DNA of 57,072 nt, taken from the NCBI GenBank assembly GCA_903892635.1, contig CAITJH010000024.1, positions 1 to 57,072 on the forward strand. The letters run 5' to 3'. How positions within the stretch are numbered: position 1 is the stretch's first letter; each line of letters opens with the position of its first letter. This document shows positions 19,279 through 29,258 of the stretch, piece after piece. This stretch comes from an uncultured Actinomycetes bacterium (GTDB taxonomy: Bacteria > Actinomycetota > Actinomycetes > S36-B12 > UBA5976). The notes below the pieces were generated by a model. That model saw nothing but the letters and a program-made list of their open reading frames with translations, was not told where the DNA came from and ran no database searches. Made by a program: the position numbers and the translations under genes.

Positions 19279-19298
19279 GTATTTCAACAACCCACTTG

Positions 19299-19374
19299 TG
19301 GCTCCCCCGGTTGGACTCGAACCAACAACCACTCGATTAACAGTCGAGTGCTCTGCCAATTGAGCTACAGGGGA
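19299..19374 (-). tRNA. tRNA-Asn (GTT)
   Basis: TCCCCTGTAGCTCAATTGGCAGAGC-ACTCGACTGTTAATCGAGT-GGTTGTTGGTTCGAGTCCAACCGGGGGAGCCA; 76-nt cloverleaf with encoded CCA. Confidence 0.98.
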
Positions 19375-19423
19375 ATTGGCTGTCCCATCTTAACAGCGAA
19401 TATAGGACGACTGCATAATCGGG

Positions 19424-19903
19424 TCACACACCCAAAGTGGAACGAAGAGACACTAACTCCGCTTGAATACTGGCTTGACCCTGTGGCGAGTGCGCCCAAT
19501 CGGCATCTTGTGCGATTGTGAGCCACTCAATGTCGGTTTCGCCTCGATGGGCAATAAATCGGACCTCTTGGTCATTAAATCGGCGTGTGCGATCAACCAC
19601 GATGTGAGCGGTTACCCGATCACGGACTGCGACAGGCAACTGTCCGGGTTCATCAATCAGCCACCCCAAGGACGATAAGTCTGGGGCTAGGTTGATGGTA
19701 AGCATCGAGCCTTCCCATTTTGCGGACAAGACGTGAGTCCACGGAATTCGTTTGGAATCGTGATGATCAGTGCTGACTAGCGCCTGCGTCGTAGCGGCTA
19801 TAACGCCACTGTGATGTGTTGCCCACGCCAAAATGCGTTCATTAGGCAATAAGAGTCCAGCGAGCTCTGAGGGCACTCCATTGTCACGGTTCCACCAAGC
19901 CAC
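19424..19903 (-). CDS. Conserved actinobacterial hypothetical protein downstream of dnaG
   Basis: 'ERILAWA', 'IPW..V..A.W', 'LP.AVRDRVT'; GTG start overlaps the dnaG stop (TAGTG). Confidence 0.7.
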   Translation of the reverse strand: MAWWNRDNGVPSELAGLLLPNERILAWATHHSGVIAATTQALVSTDHHDSKRIPWTHVLSAKWEGSMLTINLAPDLSSLGWLIDEPGQLPVAVRDRVTAHIVVDRTRRFNDQEVRFIAHRGETDIEWLTIAQDADWAHSPQGQASIQAELVSLRSTLGV

Positions 19904-21735
19904 TACTGATCTCCGATCGAGTATTCACGCATGTCGCGTCGATATTGTTCAAGCGCCAGCAAATCAGTCAAGATTTGATTTTGCGCCGCGTCATCTCCAT
20001 TAATTGAAGATCGTTGAAGCTCGGCCTTAAGTTCGCTTATTCGGCGCCCTGCATCCATCTCAAGGATCCGAGCAAGTACCGCCTGTACATATCGTTCGTC
20101 GGGATTGTCAATCGGCAATGGATCTACAGCAAGTTCACGAATCTTTGCCTTCACTTCATCACTTGGCGCTGCATCTAATACTGCTTGTAACCAAGTACTT
20201 GGAGAGTCGAAGGTAAGTGGATCACCTGCACGTTGACAGGCGCTAAACACTTCGGCAGCCATCGCGATGGTAAACAGTGATTCCTCAAGCGAGTTAAACC
20301 ATTCTCCTACGAGTGCTGGCGCTTGAAGGACACACTTCAAAGCAGTGCGCTCCACAGCAGCCACCCCAGTATCGACAGCTCGCGTTGTCGTGCTTTGGGC
20401 AACTGCATTCTTTGACCCTTTACCCACTTGATTTCGCAGAGCCGCTTCATCCATACCGAGCCAGCCAGCAACAGTTCGTACATACTCAGGGCGCAACACA
20501 GGATCTTTAATTCCAGCGAGCACTGGAGTAACAGCGCGCATTGCAGCAACTCGCCCTTCGGCAGTTGTTAGATCGTAATCTGCAATGGTCGAGCGAATGA
20601 CGAATTCAAAGAGTGGCACTCGACTCTTGATGAGATCTCGTACTGCCCCATCGCCTTGCTGAAGTCGCAAATCGCATGGATCAAGTCCGTGGCTTTCAAC
20701 TGCAACAAATGTTGAAGCCACAAATTTCTGATCCTCGCCAAAAGCTTTTAATGCTGCCTTGCGACCTGCTGCGTCACCATCAAAAGTGAACACAACTTCG
20801 GCGTTACTAGTTTCGTCATCCATCAAAATACGACGCAACACTTTTACGTGGTCTGAGCCGAACGCTGTTCCACAAGTAGCAACGGCCGTAGTTATGCCGG
20901 CTAAATGGCAGGCCATCACATCGGTATACCCTTCGACAACGACAGCCTGATGACTCTTTGCCATGTCGCGTCGGGCAAGGTCAAGCCCGTAAAGCACATG
21001 AGACTTTTTGTAGATCGGGGTTTCTGGAGTGTTTAAGTACTTTGGTCCTTGGTCTGCCTCAGTGAGCTTACGTGCACCAAAACCAATGACATCGCCACCT
21101 GCGTCGCGAATCGGCCACATCACACGATCACGAAAACGGTCGTAGGCGCCACGTTGACCGGACACTGCAAGGCCACCCGCAATCAGCTCTTCTGCAGTAA
21201 ATCCTTTTGAGCGTAAGTAGTTAGACAGCGCATCCCACCCAGCAGGCGAATAGCCAACTCCAAATGTTCGCCAAGAATCTAGTTCGAATCCTCGCTGCAA
21301 TAAAAAGTTACGTGCATGTTGAGCAGCACTGCTTGCAAGTTGTTCTTGGTAAAAGGCAGCAGCAAGATTATGCGCCTCGATTAAGCGCGTACGTTGTCCT
21401 TGGCGCGGCGCATTGCTTCCGCTTGTTCCTTCTTCGTACCGAAGTTGGATGCCGTACTTAGCCGCGAGCTTTTCTACGGCCTCGGTAAATGACAGCGCAT
21501 CAACTTTACGGACAAAAGTGATGACGTCTCCACCCTCGCCACAACTGAAACAGTGATAGAGGTTCTTACTTGGAGTGACATGGAATGACGGTGTGCGCTC
21601 GTCGTGAAATGGGCATAACCCCTTGTATGAGCCGCCACCAGCGGCCTTGAGAGTGACTGTTTCGCGAACTACTTCGTCAATTCGAGCGCGCTCGCGTACG
21701 GCATTGATGTCATCTTCGCGAATTCGGCCGGCCAC
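19903..21735 (-). CDS. dnaG: DNA primase
   Basis: Zn finger 'CPFHDERTPSF...HCFSC', 'PKYLNTPET', TOPRIM 'VVEGYTDV', 'FDGDAAG'. Confidence 0.98.
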   Translation of the reverse strand: MAGRIREDDINAVRERARIDEVVRETVTLKAAGGGSYKGLCPFHDERTPSFHVTPSKNLYHCFSCGEGGDVITFVRKVDALSFTEAVEKLAAKYGIQLRYEEGTSGSNAPRQGQRTRLIEAHNLAAAFYQEQLASSAAQHARNFLLQRGFELDSWRTFGVGYSPAGWDALSNYLRSKGFTAEELIAGGLAVSGQRGAYDRFRDRVMWPIRDAGGDVIGFGARKLTEADQGPKYLNTPETPIYKKSHVLYGLDLARRDMAKSHQAVVVEGYTDVMACHLAGITTAVATCGTAFGSDHVKVLRRILMDDETSNAEVVFTFDGDAAGRKAALKAFGEDQKFVASTFVAVESHGLDPCDLRLQQGDGAVRDLIKSRVPLFEFVIRSTIADYDLTTAEGRVAAMRAVTPVLAGIKDPVLRPEYVRTVAGWLGMDEAALRNQVGKGSKNAVAQSTTTRAVDTGVAAVERTALKCVLQAPALVGEWFNSLEESLFTIAMAAEVFSACQRAGDPLTFDSPSTWLQAVLDAAPSDEVKAKIRELAVDPLPIDNPDERYVQAVLARILEMDAGRRISELKAELQRSSINGDDAAQNQILTDLLALEQYRRDMREYSIGDQ

Positions 21736-21744
21736 GAGTTAATG

Positions 21745-22992
21745 CTACGGGCAAACTGTGGCATGCCACTGAGTCAGGCTCACATCTGTGAGAGAAGCGA
21801 TTTGATCAATAATGACACGCTCTTTACCGGCGTCACTCGCCTGCCACAGATCGGCATACAGAGGCTCCAAATAGCGCTCAGGGTCACTGGAGAGCGCAGC
21901 GTGCAACTCTGCAATCATTTGGCGCTGACCTGCGTAAAAGGCTGCGGCACCTTCCCTATTCATCACGAAACGAGCCGCCAAGGCTTTCAGCGCGGTAACT
22001 TCGTAACGAGCCTCGTCTGGGACCACCAACGTGGCTGAATATCGAGTCAGGACACCAGCGCCAAATTCTGCTCGAGTGGCGCGCTGGGCCGCCAAACAGA
22101 AGCGACCAACGAGGGTGCTGGTCAAGTTCTTTAACCCAGCCATAGATCGAATAGTTCCATCAAATGACTGAGGCCAACTGGCAAGTGCATCGATTCGAAG
22201 CAGCGCCTCGTCAAGACCAGCAGATTCGAAATGCGGTCCGTACCACTCCTGAGCTACCTCGATGATTTCACGGCGACCCTGTGAAGATTTGAGAATGTCG
22301 ACATCTATGTGGCCAGCATGAACAGCATCTTCAATATCGTGCACGCTGTAGGCCACGTCATCAGCCCAGTCCATCACCTGTGCCTCGAAGCACGTTTGTT
22401 CATCGTCGCGACCGCTGCGCACCCATGCAAATACATCAAGGTCATCATCGTAAACACCAAATTTTGTTGACGATGGTTTTTTTGCCCATGGATATTTTGA
22501 GGCCGCATCAAGTGATGCACGTGTGAGGTTCAGTCCCAGTGATTGATCAGGTCGTGGTCCGTCGTGTGGTCCAAATGCCTTTGGCTCAAGCCGAGTCAAC
22601 AACCGAAACGACTGTGCATTTCCTTCGAAACCACCGAAGTCACGGGCCAACTCATTGAGTGCGCTCTCACCGTTGTGGCCGAAAGGCGGATGACCTAGAT
22701 CGTGCGATAGGCACGCTGTATCAACCAAGTCAGGATCGCAGCCAAGTGCAGCGCCGAGTTCACGACCAATCTGGGCGCATTCCAACGAGTGAGTCAGTCG
22801 AGTGCGCGGAAAGTCATCAAGACCTGCCTGCATCACTTGAGTTTTGACACCGAGTCGACGTAAGGCCGAGCTGTGCATGACACGGGCCCGATCGCGAGCA
22901 AATTCAGTGCGATCCACACTCTTGTTTGGCTCATGCATCCAACGCTGGGCGTCGTGCGAACTGTAACCAAAATCGTTCGCAGCATCACTCAT
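21745..22992 (-). CDS. dgt: Deoxyguanosinetriphosphate triphosphohydrolase
   Basis: 'RTRLTHSLE', 'HDLGHPPFGHNGE', 'FEGNAQ', 'ADDVAY'. Confidence 0.95.
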   Translation of the reverse strand: MSDAANDFGYSSHDAQRWMHEPNKSVDRTEFARDRARVMHSSALRRLGVKTQVMQAGLDDFPRTRLTHSLECAQIGRELGAALGCDPDLVDTACLSHDLGHPPFGHNGESALNELARDFGGFEGNAQSFRLLTRLEPKAFGPHDGPRPDQSLGLNLTRASLDAASKYPWAKKPSSTKFGVYDDDLDVFAWVRSGRDDEQTCFEAQVMDWADDVAYSVHDIEDAVHAGHIDVDILKSSQGRREIIEVAQEWYGPHFESAGLDEALLRIDALASWPQSFDGTIRSMAGLKNLTSTLVGRFCLAAQRATRAEFGAGVLTRYSATLVVPDEARYEVTALKALAARFVMNREGAAAFYAGQRQMIAELHAALSSDPERYLEPLYADLWQASDAGKERVIIDQIASLTDVSLTQWHATVCP

Positions 22993-23004
22993 GAGTCAAT
23001 CTTA

Positions 23005-24171
23005 CTAACCGCCGCTGACGCTCAATTCAGCTTCGCGCACAGTGGATTGCTCACTTGCTGTCATGGTTTGAGAATTAAGCCAACCATCTGGCAGGTTCAC
23101 CTTTTTCGTTGGTGTCGTTCGCCCTCGAGGTGAGTTTGCAATTTCTGGAGTCAGAATTTGATCACGATCAATCGGTGCCAGTAGGTCATCGAGTTCGGCA
23201 AGAGAATTAATCAAACCCAGCTGTCCTCGCGTCTCACTTCCCACAACAAGGCCCTTCAAGTACCACGCCATGTGCTTACGCATTTCCCGACACCCATAGA
23301 ACTCGTCGTCGTGCATGTTCACCAACAACTGCGCATGACGCTTCAACAAATCAAGAATGATTCCTGCGGTGGGTTCTGCTGGAACTTCTTGCCCGGAAAT
23401 TGCCGAGCGAATCTGACCGAAAAGCCACGGCCTTCCCAAGCACCCGCGTCCAATGACGACACCTCGTGCGCCCGTTTCGACCAGCATGCGCTGAGCATCG
23501 TCGGCACTCCAAATGTCACCGTTACCCAATACCGGAGTGTTTGGAATGTGCTCGACTAATCGAGCGATCGTGTTCCAGTCTGCATGACCGCCGTAATACT
23601 GCGCTGCTGTCCTGCCGTGAAGTGCAACCCAATACACACCCGCGTCTGCTGCAATTTTTCCAGCATCCAAATACGTCACATGATCATCATCGATACCGAC
23701 TCGCATTTTGACTGTGACTGGAACTTTTCCATTAGCATTGCGCACCGCCGTATTCACAATGTCGGAATACAAATCCCGCTTCCAAGGTAAGGCACTTCCG
23801 CCACCCTTACGAGTGACTTTTGGAACCGGGCATCCAAAGTTCAAGTCAATGTGATCGGCCATATCCTCGTCGACGACCATCGCCACTGCCCGACCTACGA
23901 TATCGGGATCTACTCCATAGAGCTGAATACTTCGCACATGTTCATCAGGATCGAAAGTCACCAAAGACAGCGTTTCAGGATGACGCAACAACAGTGCTTG
24001 AGATGTCGTCATCTCTGCAACATAAATTGTGTGATCGGAATCAACCTGACCCGCACGTTGTCGAATGTCAGCAGATGCTTCGCGACAGACCCGTCGAAAC
24101 GCACGATTAGTAACACCGGCCATTGGCGCAAGCTCAATGACTGGATCGTGTGCCAAGAGATCAGCAAACAC
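23005..24171 (-). CDS. dusB: tRNA dihydrouridine synthase DusB
   Basis: 'LAPMAGVT', 'IDLNFGCP', 'LHGRT', 'GNGDI'. Confidence 0.95.
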   Translation of the reverse strand: MFADLLAHDPVIELAPMAGVTNRAFRRVCREASADIRQRAGQVDSDHTIYVAEMTTSQALLLRHPETLSLVTFDPDEHVRSIQLYGVDPDIVGRAVAMVVDEDMADHIDLNFGCPVPKVTRKGGGSALPWKRDLYSDIVNTAVRNANGKVPVTVKMRVGIDDDHVTYLDAGKIAADAGVYWVALHGRTAAQYYGGHADWNTIARLVEHIPNTPVLGNGDIWSADDAQRMLVETGARGVVIGRGCLGRPWLFGQIRSAISGQEVPAEPTAGIILDLLKRHAQLLVNMHDDEFYGCREMRKHMAWYLKGLVVGSETRGQLGLINSLAELDDLLAPIDRDQILTPEIANSPRGRTTPTKKVNLPDGWLNSQTMTASEQSTVREAELSVSGG

Positions 24172-25548
24172 TTAGCAACCCGGAAGTTGAGCGCCTAGCC
24201 AGCCAACTAATGCATCAATGCCAATGCGCTCTTGCGCCATGGTGTCACGTTCGCGCACAGTGACCGCATTGTCTTCCAAGGTGTCAAAGTCGATCGTGAT
24301 GCAAAATGGAGTTCCGATTTCATCTTGGCGACGGTAACGACGGCCGATGGCGCCAGCATCGTCGAAATCAATGTTCCAATGCTTGCGCAATTCAGCCGCA
24401 ATGTCGCGAGCCTTAGGACTGAGATCCTCATTGCGTGACAACGGAAGTACAGCAGCCTTAATAGGAGCCAATCGCTTATCGAAACGCATCACAACACGAG
24501 TGTCGACTCCACCCTTGGTATTCGGTGCTTGATCCTCGTCATAGGCCTCGAGCATGAATGCGAGAACTGCACGTGTAAGCCCAGCCGCAGGCTCAATGAC
24601 GTATGGGACATACTTTTCGCCAGACTCTTGATCGAAGTAAGACAAGTCTTTACCCGAATGTTCCATGTGAGTTTTTAGGTCGTAGTCAGTTCGGTTCGCA
24701 ACACCTTCGAGCTCGGCAAATTCATTTCCACCGAACTGGAATCGATACTCAATGTCGCTGGTTCGCTTGGAATAGTGCGACAGTTTTTCTTGAGGATGCT
24801 CGAAAATGCGAAGGTTATCCGGAGACAGTCCAAGATCGATGTACCAGTTCCAACGCTCTTGTAACCAATAGTCATGCCACTGCTCGTCAGTGCCGGGCTC
24901 GACGAAAAATTCCATTTCCATCTGTTCAAATTCGCGTGTACGGAAAATGAAGTTACCTGGCGTAATTTCATTGCGGAAGGACTTACCAGTTTGGCCGATA
25001 CCAAAAGGCGGTTTTTTACGAGCAGATGCTGCAACATTCGCGTAGTTCGTGAAAATACCCTGAGCAGTTTCAGGACGTAAATAGTGCAGCGAGTTCTCGT
25101 CGACCACTGGTCCGAGGTTTGTTGATAACAAACCGTTAAACATTTTTGGTTCTGTAAATTGACCCTTGGCTCCGCAATTTGGACATGGAATCCCCGCAAG
25201 TCCACCTTCGGGCGCGCGTCCCTTACGAGCTTCAAATTCTTCAACAAGGTGATCCTCGCGGAACCGCTTATGGCACGCCACACACTCGGTCAGCGGGTCA
25301 ACGAATGCTTTCAGGTGTCCTGATGCTTCCCAGACCTGCGGCGCCAAAATGACAGATGAGTCGATTCCAACAACATCATCGCGTCCTTGGACCATGGACT
25401 TCCACCACTGTCGACGAACATTCTCTTTAAGCTCGACTCCCAAAGGGCCGTAATCCCATGCGGATCGGGTACCACCGTAGATCTCGCTACATGGGTAGAC
25501 AAAGCCACGACGTTTCGACAAATTCACTACGGCATCAACGCGGTCCAT
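24172..25548 (-). CDS. glyQS: Glycine--tRNA ligase (homodimeric type)
   Basis: 'YLRPETAQG', 'FRNEITPG', 'REFEQME', '[14 protein letters not shown]'; start ATG 25548 (or 25554). Confidence 0.98.
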   Translation of the reverse strand: MDRVDAVVNLSKRRGFVYPCSEIYGGTRSAWDYGPLGVELKENVRRQWWKSMVQGRDDVVGIDSSVILAPQVWEASGHLKAFVDPLTECVACHKRFREDHLVEEFEARKGRAPEGGLAGIPCPNCGAKGQFTEPKMFNGLLSTNLGPVVDENSLHYLRPETAQGIFTNYANVAASARKKPPFGIGQTGKSFRNEITPGNFIFRTREFEQMEMEFFVEPGTDEQWHDYWLQERWNWYIDLGLSPDNLRIFEHPQEKLSHYSKRTSDIEYRFQFGGNEFAELEGVANRTDYDLKTHMEHSGKDLSYFDQESGEKYVPYVIEPAAGLTRAVLAFMLEAYDEDQAPNTKGGVDTRVVMRFDKRLAPIKAAVLPLSRNEDLSPKARDIAAELRKHWNIDFDDAGAIGRRYRRQDEIGTPFCITIDFDTLEDNAVTVRERDTMAQERIGIDALVGWLGAQLPGC

Positions 25549-25622
25549 GACCATCAGTCTACTGTCAGCGAGGTTTAGATTGATGCGTGGCGGTTAGCAT
25601 AGTAAGGAAAGAAAGGTCGGCC

Positions 25623-26243
25623 GTGAAATTAATTCGCATCTTCGCCTCGGGAATGCTCGTTGTGGCAATAAGTGCCTGCGGGCACGCGAACGTAAGCAAC
25701 CCGAGCAGCACTATGGATGCGTCACAGTCGGCTGATGCGATTGACGTTTCACCAACCACAACGGCGACGACGAATAGCATCGATCCTTCTGCGGCAAAAG
25801 CCTACGAAGCCGCATTGAATGCATCGCAAGCGAGCGCGAATTCGGTGGGACTCACAGAATTGTGGAGTGACGAAACCGGTGGCCTTGCCACAGTCTTGGT
25901 TCAGGCTCCACACGATGGCAAGTGTGTTCAGTCAGACCTCATCATGAAAACAGCGCAAATTGTTGACTCTTCGGCGATGATGCCAACAGTCCTCTTAGAC
26001 GAACTTGATGGCTTGAAAGCAAATAACGGAAGCGACACCGGGGCAATCTCGAGTCCAAGTGCCAACACATTTGTTGTTAAGAATCGGATTGATGGAAGTG
26101 ATTACGTCACCACGTATACGGTGGACCCGCAAGGTCGAATCGCAAGCGCACAACAAGTAGTAGATGACCAACCATCAGCGACAGCTACCTTCAGATATTT
26201 CATCACGAGCGAAGGTAAGGCTGCACTAGCTGCTGGCAAATAA
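25623..26243 (+). CDS. Putative lipoprotein of unknown function
   Basis: GTG start after GAAAGG; lipobox 'AISAC'; Ser/Thr-rich linker; beta-rich C-terminal part. Confidence 0.65.
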   Translation: MKLIRIFASGMLVVAISACGHANVSNPSSTMDASQSADAIDVSPTTTATTNSIDPSAAKAYEAALNASQASANSVGLTELWSDETGGLATVLVQAPHDGKCVQSDLIMKTAQIVDSSAMMPTVLLDELDGLKANNGSDTGAISSPSANTFVVKNRIDGSDYVTTYTVDPQGRIASAQQVVDDQPSATATFRYFITSEGKAALAAGK

Positions 26244-26579
26244 TTAACCTTCCGCGACACTGGAATCAAATTGCGTGATTCCATCGAGGGTCGCCACTAC
26301 GAGTTCTTCGTAAGCGGTTGGTCGATCTTGCATTTCGGCCAAGAATGGCCACACCACCATTTTTGATTCGCTTGACCCGAGCGCGCGCCGGTACGAACCG
26401 ACATCACGCCACGTTGTGTGAACAACAAAACTCAACGGTTCATCGGGACTGCGCATGATGTGAGATTCGATGAATCCCTCGCAGGCTCGAAGCACGTCAA
26501 GCGCAGAATGAGCTTGCGAGAGCCATTCTTGCGAATTTGTTACCGTGAACTCCCACAATGCAAAGAAACGACCGTGCAT
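26244..26579 (-). CDS. Antibiotic biosynthesis monooxygenase (ABM)-like protein
   Basis: 'GF.....RSPDEP......W.DVGSYRRAL...K....P.L......PTAYE' actinobacterial ABM-like signature. Confidence 0.7.
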   Translation of the reverse strand: MHGRFFALWEFTVTNSQEWLSQAHSALDVLRACEGFIESHIMRSPDEPLSFVVHTTWRDVGSYRRALGSSESKMVVWPFLAEMQDRPTAYEELVVATLDGITQFDSSVAEG

Positions 26580-26582
26580 AAG

Positions 26583-26864
26583 TTAGTTGCTCACCAATCG
26601 ACTAAGGATCGTGAACCACACCAACGTCAACATCGCTACACGAATGAAACGTTGTTGTTGATTTTGACGCGGCCAAGACAAGAACACTAGCCATGTGACA
26701 AACAGTCCTACAACAGCAAGAAAAAGCGCGCCGATGATGCCAGGCTTTGACATTCCAATCAGGAGAAATCCTGCAAGAGTTAACGGAACCACAAATTTTG
26801 GAAGCGTTGCCAAGCGGACGAGAAATGGGCCGGTAGATTTTTCTATCGAGCTGCGCAATGTCAT
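26583..26864 (-). CDS. Small membrane protein (DUF6703-like)
   Basis: 'R..IE..S/T.P.L.RL..LP', 'WL..LSWP'; 3 TM. Confidence 0.65.
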   Translation of the reverse strand: MTLRSSIEKSTGPFLVRLATLPKFVVPLTLAGFLLIGMSKPGIIGALFLAVVGLFVTWLVFLSWPRQNQQQRFIRVAMLTLVWFTILSRLVSN

Positions 26865-26914
26865 GAGACTTATCCAAGCACGATGCGTATGAATTCTAGG
26901 TACGCGCGCGCCTT

Positions 26915-26930
26915 AGAATTGATCAATTCT
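26915..26930. promoter_or_regulatory. Perfect 16-bp palindrome over the -35 region of the ZIP gene promoter
   Basis: AGAATTGATCAATTCT, 15 nt upstream of -10 TACGAT (26946-26951). Confidence 0.6.
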
Positions 26931-26957
26931 TACAAATAGTGCCACTACGATTGATTT

Positions 26958-27692
26958 ATGGCCATTCTTGTTGCGTTTCTCACTGTGCTTTCAACAGCAC
27001 TCGGTGGAGCACTAGCCTTGCGGTCGCGCGACACAATGCACTTACTGCTTGGGCTCTCAGGTGGCTTGCTGTTAGGCCTAGTCTCGTTTGACTTACTTCC
27101 AGAAGTTTTTCGATTGAGCCATTCGACATTCGGCACAGTGCCACGGGCAATGGTGTATTTCGTCGTTGGCTTTTTGGTGCTGCACGTCATCGAAGGATTT
27201 TCTGGTGCGCATGAACCAGCCCAGTCCGAATACACACACCACCATGAACATAGCCACGGAGTCACGACGGGAATCATTGGCGCGAGCGGCATGGTCGTTC
27301 ATGTATTTCTGGACGGTGTAGCGCTCGGCTTATCTTTCCAAGTCTCGCAATCGCTTGGTATTGCTGTTGCTATTGCTGTTGTCTCGCACGCGTTTACCGA
27401 TGGGCTTAATACAGTTGCTTTGCTTATGAATGCAGGCAGCTGGAAACGTTCATCAATGTCACTTCTTGCACTTGATGGCCTAGCGCGAATTAGTGGCGCA
27501 GCTGCAGGAACGTACTTTGCAATCAGCAACCTTCTCCTCAGCGGTTACTTGTCGCTGTTCGCAGGAATGTTGATTTACTTAGCGACATCGCATATTTTGC
27601 CTGAGGCACACAGCACTCATCCGTCTCGCCTGACACTGTTGATGACAGTACTTGGAGTGCTTTCCATGTTTGCCATCGTTAACTTGGCTTAA
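26958..27692 (+). CDS. ZIP family metal (Zn) transporter
   Basis: His-rich loop 'HHHEHSH', 'H.FLDG', 'HAFTDGLN', 'HILPEAH'. Confidence 0.9.
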   Translation: MAILVAFLTVLSTALGGALALRSRDTMHLLLGLSGGLLLGLVSFDLLPEVFRLSHSTFGTVPRAMVYFVVGFLVLHVIEGFSGAHEPAQSEYTHHHEHSHGVTTGIIGASGMVVHVFLDGVALGLSFQVSQSLGIAVAIAVVSHAFTDGLNTVALLMNAGSWKRSSMSLLALDGLARISGAAAGTYFAISNLLLSGYLSLFAGMLIYLATSHILPEAHSTHPSRLTLLMTVLGVLSMFAIVNLA

Positions 27693-28468
27693 TCAGTTGG
27701 TAATTCGTTAGGTACTGCCCCACCGTATCGACGATCTCGCGAAGCATAAATCTCACATGCATGCCATAGGTGGCGTCGATCAAAGTCTGGCCACAAAGTC
27801 GGCAAAAATACCATCTCGGCGTATGCACTTTGCCACAACAAGAAGTTACTAAACCGCTGTTCACCACTTGATCGGACAAACAGATCCACATCAGGCATAT
27901 CTTTTTCATCAAGATACTTGGCGATCGTTTTTTCCGAAATCTTATTGGGATCAAGCCGACCTGCCGCTACTTCCATTGCAATTGCCGTCGTTGCATCAAC
28001 AATTTCAGCACGTCCGCCATAGTTCACGCACATAGTCAATGTGAGCTTTTTATTTTTCGCTGTCAGTCGTTCGCACTCTTCGAGCGACTCAATTACCGAC
28101 TTCCATAATTTTGGGCGACGTCCCGCCCAACGAATACGTACACCGAGGTCATTCATCTCTTCTTTACGGCGGTCAATGACGTCGCGATTAAATTGCATGA
28201 GGAATCGCACTTCGTCAGGTGACCTTCGCCAGTTCTCCGTGGAAAATGCATATGCTGAAAGCCACCCCACTCCAAGTTCAAGTGCACCGTAGACACAATC
28301 CATGAGCGCTGCTTCGCCTGCTTCGTGTCCGGCATTGCGAGGTAGACCACGCTCTTTTGCCCATCGACCATTTCCGTCCATGACTAATGCGACATGCTGA
28401 GGGACAAACTCTGGTGCAATGCGTGGTGGCGTGGCACCTGTGGGATGCGCTGGCGGAAGATTAACCAT
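27689..28468 (-). CDS. uppS: Isoprenyl transferase (undecaprenyl/decaprenyl diphosphate synthase)
   Basis: 'MDGNGRWA', 'AFSTENW', 'NYGGR', '[15 protein letters not shown]'. Confidence 0.97.
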   Translation of the reverse strand: MVNLPPAHPTGATPPRIAPEFVPQHVALVMDGNGRWAKERGLPRNAGHEAGEAALMDCVYGALELGVGWLSAYAFSTENWRRSPDEVRFLMQFNRDVIDRRKEEMNDLGVRIRWAGRRPKLWKSVIESLEECERLTAKNKKLTLTMCVNYGGRAEIVDATTAIAMEVAAGRLDPNKISEKTIAKYLDEKDMPDVDLFVRSSGEQRFSNFLLWQSAYAEMVFLPTLWPDFDRRHLWHACEIYASRDRRYGGAVPNELPTD

Positions 28469-29210
28469 TCGACAATCCTGTCATGCTGCGATCGACAAGT
28501 GGCAATGAACGCAGGGCTCGCTCTAAATGCCATTGCACATAGGCGGCAACAATTCCTGACACTTCTTTCTGACACGTCAGCGAAGCATTATCGGCAAACA
28601 CCCAGTCGCCAACCAAAAGAGCTTTAAGTAAATCGAAAGTTTCTGGTTTTGGCGCGATACTTCCCGGTGCTCGATGATCTGCACACATTGAGCCACCGGC
28701 GCCGACGTTAAAGAATGCGGCATCAAATGTTCCACACACCACACAAGCATCTAGCGATGGAGAGTAGCCAGCAAGCGAAAGTGATCGAAGTAAATAGGAG
28801 TCCAACACCAATGTGGAGTCATGCTCACCATTGGTCAAGGTTCGCAAAGCAGCAGCTAACAAGACGTACTGCGACTCAGAAGCGACTGACTCTTCACTCG
28901 TGAGACGATCAGCAGTTTCGACCATCGTTTGGCCTGCAGTCCACAACGTGTAATCAATCGCCATATCTTGCCCATAGGACACCACTAGTTCGGCTTGTTG
29001 GATGATGTCTAGGTTGCGACCTTCGTGAACCAGCACATCAACACGACTAAAAGGTTCGAGTCTGGCGCCAAAACGACTTTTGGTCCGTCGTACGCCTTTC
29101 GCAACAGCACGAATCTTTCCTCGATCCTTAGTCAACATTGTGACGATTCGATCGGCTTCGCCCAGTTTGTGCGTGCGAAGCACAATTGCTTCGGTGCGAT
29201 AACTTGGCAT
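28461..29210 (-). CDS. recO: DNA repair protein RecO
   Basis: 'LGEADRI', '[18 protein letters not shown]', Zn-site cysteines; start at ATG 29210 rather than 29396. Confidence 0.96.
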   Translation of the reverse strand: MPSYRTEAIVLRTHKLGEADRIVTMLTKDRGKIRAVAKGVRRTKSRFGARLEPFSRVDVLVHEGRNLDIIQQAELVVSYGQDMAIDYTLWTAGQTMVETADRLTSEESVASESQYVLLAAALRTLTNGEHDSTLVLDSYLLRSLSLAGYSPSLDACVVCGTFDAAFFNVGAGGSMCADHRAPGSIAPKPETFDLLKALLVGDWVFADNASLTCQKEVSGIVAAYVQWHLERALRSLPLVDRSMTGLSNG

Positions 29211-29258
29211 AGGACATATCGTTGCACGGATTTCTCCGCAATCAGGTAGCGTCAAGGT

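Noticed and set aside
15695..19300. Integrative element at tRNA-Asn
   Set aside because: No integrase, and I found no duplicate of the tRNA 3' end by eye, so island status is unproven.
19027..19359. 110-aa minus-strand ORF
   Set aside because: It starts inside tRNA-Asn and runs antisense to the PLD-like gene; a shadow ORF.
21745..22992. dGTPase as an anti-phage defence gene
   Set aside because: It occupies the conserved dusB-dgt-dnaG housekeeping position.
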